Origin: Octopus sinensis
Taxonomy: Eukaryota
Length of the DNA: 64,000 bases
NCBI RefSeq assembly: GCF_006345805.1
Contig: NC_043001.1
Location: 71,486,001-71,550,000, forward strand
Direction of reading: 5' to 3'
Both the position numbers and the translations under genes were made by a program. Position 1 is the first letter of the stretch. Each line of letters opens with the position of its first letter. Of this stretch, positions 55,800 to 64,000 are shown piece by piece. The notes beneath the pieces were generated by a model. The model ran no database searches and was not told the DNA's origin. It saw only the letters and a list, made by a program, of their open reading frames with translations.

Positions 55800-57735
55800 T
55801 CTATGTAAGTCCTAGGCGAGCGCAAAAACAAAAAGAAATAGAACTTGCGTGCACAAAAGCTCTGGAATAAAGGAAGCCTAAAAACTCTGTAAGTTCTATA
55901 CAAACGGTACCTCCTGGCTTGATGACATTGGGAAGATTGTAGGCTTGCTCATCCCAACTCCCATAGTAGCGGTATTCGTTTCGCTCGCCCCAAGTCCAAG
56001 GAGACAAGCAACTCCACCAGGATCAACGAGGACACAGGGGTAGTCACAAAACATGATACCTCCACCCACTGCTCCTAAGAGGAAACAATATATAAAGTGC
56101 AGACAGCAACTACTGAACAGCGGTCTTGTTTGGAAATAGTATAGATTATAAGACAGTTGACCTGGTTTCATAAGATGTTAAGTCTGAAAAACACATCCCA
56201 GCACCCAAGACCACCGCAAGCAACAAAAGATGTAGAATGGCCGCTTCTGTGGTCTCTACAAATGTCAGATCAGTGGCCACTACCGACACTTTGTATTTCA
56301 CACTAGTATGAATGTCAGAGGCTTTGTAACATCCCATCCAAAGCAAAATCCCATATCTGCAAGAATTCGCTACATGTAATCAAGGAATGCGTACGACATT
56401 AACAAAAACACATTTCAAGGCTGACATATCACATGCTGAGATATACATATCAAAGTATGTTGCATTTCGAACATACAGAAGAAAAATAACTCACAGAGGG
56501 GTAGCAATGTACATCCACAAAGATGTCATTCCTGTAGTCGTGATGTCACACTGAAACTCAGTTTATGACATTCTGGGAGTACACATTAAACAGACAAAAC
56601 AGTAACAAGTACTACATATCGTCCATCAAATGCTCCAAATCACAGGGACTCATTCAAAGGGAATATCAAAAAGTTGGAAGAAGTTTTAATCAACTAGGTG
56701 ACAGCCTTCACATACTTCTTCTACGAGACTTCAACCTCCCTAATGTCGAATGGCCTGAAAGCTACCTTCTCTCAGGTATGTCACTACAAGAGCAAAGGCA
56801 AGTAGGGTCTCTGCTCGTTCTTACAAACATACTCTGTATGGAGCAAATAGTGCTCTACCCAACAAGGGGTAAAAGTTCTTTGAACCTCTGCCTCACAAAT
56901 AACGCGGCACTCATCCATAATGTTATGGTGACACCGACGATTTTTCCCGACCATAACTTAACAGAACTAATAACGCATGATCCACAGAGAATTGCAGACA
57001 TACAGGTTACTAGAAGCACCCAACTTCTTTCCAGTCTGAACTTTCATAAAGCTGAGTGAAAGTGTGTTCAGAAAGATGTCATGGAACAATACTGGGCATA
57101 AAGCTATGGAAATTTAAAATAAAGCTATAGAAATGTGTGACGATCATGTAATAAGTTTGATCCAAAGAGAATGTCAAACCGACAGAAAAACATAATTCCC
57201 AGGGATAGGGAAATTCTAATAAGACGACGAGCAAAGATCTCAAACCCTCTAAATGGGTCATTAAAGGATATCGAAGAATCCTATGTCAAACAAACATTCC
57301 TTGAGATTGAAAGTGAAATCAAACACTCTCATGAAAAGGAGAGGGCAGAGAAGGAAGTCAGGGTTGTAAAAAATATAAATACAAACCTTAAAGCCTTTTA
57401 TAGATTTACAAAAGCGTCTGCTTCAGTACGGTACAAGACAGGCCCACTATTCGAAAACAAAATGGCTCACCAACTGCAGACCCCCAAAGGATAAGTCGAA
57501 ACATTGAATGTGCGATACAAAAGTGTTTTCACAACTCCGTTGGGACTCTTGTAGATAATTATGAATGATGAGTTCTTCAAATAGATGACAACAATTGATT
57601 ATATCGAAATAGAGAAAACTGATGAAATATCTTCTATTGTTGAAATGCATTTAAACTCAACCACAATAATCTTCTTACAAAAATGCCAAGGGTTCTAGCA
57701 AAGCTACTGCAGATCCTCTCACAAAGCTTCCCTGA
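55800..57735 (+). pseudogene. CR1/L2-like LINE, 5' part (APE endonuclease and linker)
   Basis: ILLLRDFNLPNVEW, PTRGKSSLNLCLTN, FPDHNL, NINTNLKAFYRF, ending at VLAKLLQILSQSF. Confidence 0.85.
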
Positions 57736-58479
57736 CGTGACTGTCATGTGTTTTTTTTTAAAGTTTTTACTAGAAAAACTGTACTCTGGACTACATTATC
57801 AAACGTGTCCTTCCTTTCTAAACGCATTAGTGTGCAATTTGATGGAATTTGGTTTCTATTTCTAGCAAGTTGGATCAGGTTGAGTCTCTACACAGACGCT
57901 ACCAGTTTGATTGGGTTAGTGTTGTGGATGTTGTTGATGCCAGTGACAACTCTCGTGAATGATGCCTAGTGTTCATTGCTAGTAGGTTAGTCTCGATCAA
58001 GAAGACGTAGTAGGACTACATTAACCGATGTCCCTAATTTTTTTTTATAGGGGAGTCTGATTAGGAAGAGATTTAATTTCTATTTCCAGCACATCATTCC
58101 GACTCCTGAATGTGGTTTTGTAACTAATCGGTTACAGGTGGTGTCTGTGGTGGTATGGTTGATAATGAGTATTTTAAATTCATAACCGATTAACTTCGGT
58201 GCTGATGTAGATGTTGGTATAGGTGTAGAGTTGGTTGTAATGCTAGTTATGATGGTGTTAGTGGTTGTGTCAACTTATAAAGATATTGACTGTAGCACAA
58301 AGAAAACCATTGCGATATTTCAAACTACAATTCTTCACTTTGCTTATATTCAATATTCACTTATCTATTTCCACTCTAGAGTATGTGAAAGGCAAAATAA
58401 CAAACATGCAGATATATAAAACCACACATAAACACCTATATGCATATATGTGAGAATATTCAATAACACACATTTCATA

Positions 58480-58800
58480 TGTAAAACAAAAATGCTGTGT
58501 CACATACGTAGCCTTAGAGGTAAGTAATGACACTGAACATGCATACTATTGGGTCAAAATTTAAGCAAAGATTTAGTAATCACACATCCTCTTTAGACAG
58601 AGAAGAACACAAGCACACACAGAGACAGACAGACAGATACACACCATACACTCACACAAATACATACACACAGATAAAGAACACAATTAAGCTGATCATT
58701 ATACTACATCTGAAAATTGAAATAAAATGAAAATCCATAGAAAACTCCAAATCCTTGAAAACTTGTCATAAGAACTTTCTTGTGCTTCTGTTCAAACAAA
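58480..58800 (+). pseudogene. Very decayed PLE GIY-YIG remnant
   Basis: IGSKFKQRFSNHTSSL resembles the FKxRyxNHxxS motif seen in the 46 kb ORF. Confidence 0.4.
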
Positions 58801-59044
58801 TAAAACATATATTCACGTATTTCCTGTATTAATGGATATTGAAGAGTGAGATTGATATAGACAGCAGTCTATAAATGAGATTGGAAGCGATTTAATTCGT
58901 GAAAAATTTCTAAATACACACCCATATTTACGTGCGTTTGCTACAGCGGAATAAACCGCAAACACACACACGCACATGTATGCTATTTAATTATTTTATT
59001 CTTTTATGCGTTTCAGCTCAAAGGCTGTGACCATGCAAGGGCAC

Positions 59045-60445
59045 CACCATTATTATCACCTCTTCAATGGCCATTCTTATGTGATTGGTGTTTGGTGAAG
59101 AAGGGAGTTTGATATTGCTGCCTTCTTTTGAGTTTCAAAACGTGATGTAGTCTCATCTGAGTCACTGGGTAGTAGATCAAGTTGTTTCTTAAAAGTATCA
59201 ACCCATACTCAATGCAGATCTCTTAGATGCTTTGGCAAGCTATTAAATAGTCATAGGCCCTTGAATCCCCAGCTATTGTAGTACATGAACCTCACCTTAG
59301 ATAGGTTGACTGGGGCCTTTGGAACTATGCAGTGCCATACGGTTTGGGAGTTTATATAGCTCTTGATGCCGAAGTTTGGTACCAACCCCTCCAGGATCTC
59401 CCGTATCTTTATCACTGCATATATCTTCCGCCTTCGTTTCAGGGAGTAGAGTCATAACTTTTTCGGTATCTCTTAAATAACTCAGCTGTAGTATTCTTGC
59501 TAACGCACTTGTGTAGCACTGTTGCACTGCCTGAAATTCCACTATAAATTTGACACTGTGTGGTGACTACAGTTGAGAGTAGTCCTCCATAGAACTAGTA
59601 TAATATCCTGACCTCTTTTTTCTGAAGGTTCTCAAAATCCATCTAACCATTCGGTTGCACACTGCCACCATCTTGGTGACATGCACATAAAACAAGGTGT
59701 TGTTGCTCATATCAATCCCCAGATCACGCATTGTACCTGAATCTGGGACTGCTGCTCCATATAGTCTAAAGTATCTTTCTTGCGGCATCTTAGCACAAGC
59801 TTTCTGATTGCGGAGGTTTTGGTATTTACCTACATTAGATTGCCTGTTCTTTTCTTCAGCCCATTTATATATGGCATCTAGGTCCTTGACTGCTTGTACT
59901 ACTTTTGTGTCATCATAACTAGTAAGTGTGGCTGTCTATGTAAATGATGGTATGTCCGAAAGAGTCACCATAAACAGCAGCGACACAAAGATAGTTTCTT
60001 GAGACACTCCACTTACTATTACTATCTCCTTGAAGAGGACTCCATTGGCTGTCCCACCCCTGCTTCGGTCTATTAAGGAGTCATGTAACCACTCTCCCAG
60101 TTTTCGGACTATGCCGAGTCTTCCTAGCTTGTGACATATCCTTCCATGATCGACCTTACCAAAGGCCTTTGCAAAGTCACATCCACGTTTGAACGATTCA
60201 TTTGTTTCCAATATCCAGTTGTAATGCTGCTGGAGCCGTGTAAGGTATTTTCTTCTTGAGCGGAAGCCATGGTAGCTGTCAGGGAGCAAGTCATCATCTT
60301 CTAGGAATATGATCAGCATCCTTTTGACAATGCGTTCCGTGACTGTACTGACATGGGAGGTTAGAAAGATAGACCTATAATTTTTAGCGTCCGTTCTGCT
60401 ACCTCCTTTATCGATAAGACATATTATACCTTCTTTTAACTTTTA
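59045..60445 (-). pseudogene. CR1/L2-like LINE, RT and 3' part
   Basis: KLKEGIICLIDKGGSRTDAKNYRSIFLTSH, YHGFRSRR, DFAKAFGKVDHG, SGVSQETIFVSLLF, MRDLGIDMS. Confidence 0.9.
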
Positions 60446-60585
60446 TAATGATACGTCTACACAATGATGATTGAACTGAGCTAGAGGATTCCAACAAACC
60501 TAATTAAAATCTGTCATAATATTCTTGTGATGATTAGGCCAAAAGATGACTCAACTGTTTGTACCCTAGTAACACTACTGTACTA

Positions 60586-60790
60586 TTGATGGTGGTGAAC
60601 TTTCTGCTGGGAAAGTTCACCACCACCAATTCACCGTAAGGAAAGTTTACCGAGAAAATACATCCAAAGTATCTCACCATAAATAGTTAAAACTGTTTTA
60701 TTGCAAAAAAAAGTAATGGAAATCAAAACGTGAATTGACAACGGTGAACTTTCCCTGTAGTGAATTGATGACAGTGAACTTACCGGATAT
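60586..60790. mobile_element. MITE-like remnant built from GGTGAACTTTCC-type inverted units
   Basis: Hairpin GGTGGTGAACTTTC-tgctgg-GAAAGTTCACCACC plus further GTGAAYT repeats to 60790. Confidence 0.5.
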
Positions 60791-61229
60791 GGGTTATGAT
60801 ATTTAACTGCCATTAGTTCAAGCTATATTGCTATAAATAGCTTCTATGGGATGTACATTATCTATGGAAATTTAGATGTCAACAGCTCAGACTGCTTAGC
60901 TGTAAGTAGGTACCACATTATGGTGTTATTTTTCATTGTTATGCATCCATGGTCACTGATGCATGGTCAGCTAGCAATAATTACCACACTATGGTACAAT
61001 TTACCGTTAGGTGTCCATGATCAAGCTACTTAACTTTGAACAGTCCAGTCAAGCTAGATGTCTGTAGGTACCGTATGGCATTGCAGTTCCCTGTTTTGTG
61101 CTCATAGTTAATATGCACAATGTCAATTTCCCCGTCTACCTAAATGTAAATAGGTACCACACGATGTTATATAACACTGCACCAGAGCAATTGCCACAGA
61201 CTCTTCTCTCAGTTATTTTTTATCGTTTA

Positions 61230-61613
61230 TCTTTTACTTGTTTTTTACTTGTTCCAGTTATTAGATTGTGGCCATGCTAAGGCACTGCTTTGAAGTGTTT
61301 AGTCGCAAAATTTCGCCCCCGCTACCTATTTTTATTTTTGATAGTTATTTTCTCGGGTCTCTTTTGACTAGGTTACGAGAATGCAAAGGAACCAACACCA
61401 GTTGTCAAGCGAGAGAACAATCACAAACACAAACACACACACACACATATATATATACGACGAAATTCCACACACTGTCCTTCAACCAAATTTGTTTGCT
61501 GGCAGGACATTGATCGGCTCAAAATACCAGTCCAGTGTGACACGGTGCGGGACCAAACTCGAAACCATGTGGCTACCAAGCGAGCTTCTTAAACACACAG
61601 CCATGTCTGCGCC
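61230..61613 (-). mobile_element. SINE family A copy, degenerate
   Basis: Head GGCGCAGACATGGCTGTGTG...CACATGGTTTCGAGTT and shared body. Confidence 0.65.
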
Positions 61614-63454
61614 TATTAGTTTAATCAAGTTAATTGCAGGATGATAAAAGGAAATGGATCAACACTGTAAGCGATTAAGGAAATATTGTAAAATTAACGA
61701 GTTTTGCATTAATTGTCACTTCTGTAGCGTTGAGCCAGAGTTGATTTGACACCACCACTGCCACGTCTTTCCAATGAACCAACAAGAATCTAGATTGAAC
61801 ATGAAAATAAATGAATTAGATGTGAAACAAGAGTAAGTAAATCTAATATCTCATCTACCTGAATAACCGAGATATCTATAGAAATTATCTCTTTAACTAG
61901 AGACTTTAAATCACATCAACCACATATAGCCGTCACTATCATCATCACCACTACCACCGCCATTATCATAATACCATCGTTATCACCATCATCATCAACA
62001 ACATCGGCATCACCACCTCCATCGTTATCACCACCATTACCAGCATCACTACCATCATGGCCACCATTACCATCATTATCATCAGCAGCAGTAAGGGCAG
62101 CATTCTAACTCGAAAGAATATATGAGCACCTAAAAGCTACGAGGCACAAACAATAACACCACTATTCGTCATGGAGAGTGAAGGGTGTACATGTCCACAC
62201 ACTATATCTCATACACCAGATCACTGCAAGACAGAGTATTTAGTATCAGTGAGAGTATAGCAATAGACAGGGTCGTGGAGAGAGTATGATATGACCACAC
62301 TCACACAATACTTTTTACTGTTCATCATTGCATGTCGGAGTATGTAGCATAGATGATGGAGGGAAGGGGCATAGTATAACTGTGAAAATAGAGATGTAGG
62401 ATCATGCTGTATTTTTGGCCGGTAAAATATTGGATTAAACAACAACGACAACATCAAAAAGTCACCATTACCAACAGTAATGCCAGAGACAGACTCTAAG
62501 CAGCCGTTCGACCTGATAAAAGTAGCAAGTAAATCACCCTCTAATCACAAGTAACCATCTTAAGGAAGAAGGAACACATAACATAATGGACTTCTAGATT
62601 CACTACCAACACTGCCTTGTCTTTCAATTGAACCAGCAATAATTTAGATAGAACATGAAAATAAATGAACTAGGTGTAAAATAAGAGTAAATCTAACATC
62701 TCATCTACCCCAGCAATCGGGATATCTATGTATAGAAATTATCTCTTTAACTAGACGCTTTAAATCGCATCAGCCACCCATGCTGATATGAGCAACCACT
62801 ATTATCATCATCACTACAATATCAAAAAGTCATCATTACCAACAGAAATGCTACAGATGGTCTTTGCCCAACCGTTCGACCGCATAAAAATAGCAAGCAA
62901 AAAACCCTCTAGACAAAGGTAACCATATTAAGGAAGAAGAAACACACACTATAATGGACTCCTAGATACTCGTTGTGGGAAAAAATATAGAAGATTACAA
63001 TGGAAGGAATGTATTTGATCATATGTCTGTTCATTCGTAGCTGGCCTATGATTTAACGAGAACAACAACGAGAACAATACAAATAGCAGACGCTATTTAC
63101 ATTTCCTTTCAAACCGTTAGCCACTGGGAGAACTCATCACTTAAATTTTGTTAAAGCTTGAACTATAAAAAAGAAACAATTATCGAAAGTAAATTAAAAT
63201 AAAAGCTAAATTAGGCAGAAAAATGGCCATAGAAACTGAACAATTAGTCTCCGAGATCATTGATTGGGCGACAACTTCTGAAATGTAAATTAAACGAATT
63301 TTTAAACACATCAACAAAAGCATCAGCAAAAACAACAACAAGTCACAACAATAAAAACAACTGTCACAAGAACAAGAACAAATAACAACACCGTTAGTTA
63401 ATGAAACAAACTTCGATTTATTTTCGTCTGGCACAGAGTAACACAAAGGGATAG

Positions 63455-63605
63455 CTGTTGTAGTCATCGTCGACGTCGTTGCTGTTGTCGTTGTTGTTGC
63501 TGTTGTTGTTGTCGTTGTTGTTGTTGTTGCTTTTGCTGCTACTGATACTTCTGCAGTTACCGCCATTGCAGCTGCTGCTGTTGTTACTGTTGTCGCCATT
63601 GCTGT
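63455..63605. repeat. Imperfect (GTT/GCT)n microsatellite
   Basis: Directly visible; source of the poly-T/poly-A stretch in ORF 63180-63665. Confidence 0.9.
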
Positions 63606-64000
63606 TTTTATTTGACCCCGGGTCAACCAGACATCAGCTGACTTGTGATCGAATCTGTTCTGCATGATTCCATCTTCATTTTTAATTGTATTATTTTATT
63701 TTTTCTTCACGCAGATTATCAGATTAACGAGAACTACATTATCTAATGAGTCTTTCCTTTTTCAAGACACTTAGATTCTGTCGAAGGAAATTTGACTTTT
63801 ACTGCTAGAAGACCAAGTGAGTGTGTATAGATGCCTTTGGTATTTGATACAAAATGAAGTAAATATGGTATAACTTCTTTATCTATCCATAAGTATGTGG
63901 ATTTCGACTTTGTATGAATTAGATTTAAGTGATTGAAAAAGGTGCAACGTCATCTGTCTCCCACCTAGCCACACTCTTTTCTGGTATAGGATGGCTGACT

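Noticed and set aside
63180-63665. 161 aa ORF with a Cys cluster and hydrophobic stretch
   Set aside because: Composition is explained by (GTT/GCT)n and (CAA)-rich low-complexity sequence.

Overview
AT-rich eukaryotic DNA saturated with microsatellites and transposon debris. The SINE families and (AT)n/(GATA)n/(ATT)n density point to an octopus or other coleoid cephalopod (inference). Almost all ORFs in the track are microsatellite artefacts. Recognisable coding remnants are: a Dong/R4-like retroelement in an (ATT)n array; five Penelope-like element (PLE) coding fragments, one with an uninterrupted Naiad-type GIY-YIG frame; Tc1/mariner transposase pseudogenes; Helitron pieces; an RTE LINE end with three C2H2 fingers; and a CR1-like LINE broken by an apparent local inversion. 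The most striking structure is a set of short PLE-end fold-back insertions, mostly at (AT)n tracts, carrying minimal hammerhead ribozyme (HHR) motifs, several with a CCGANGA core instead of CUGANGA. Also seen: SINEs nested in related SINEs, two short insertions copied from nearby DNA, and a tentative phase-compatible 5-exon host gene model on the minus strand. All calls were made by eye, with no database search.
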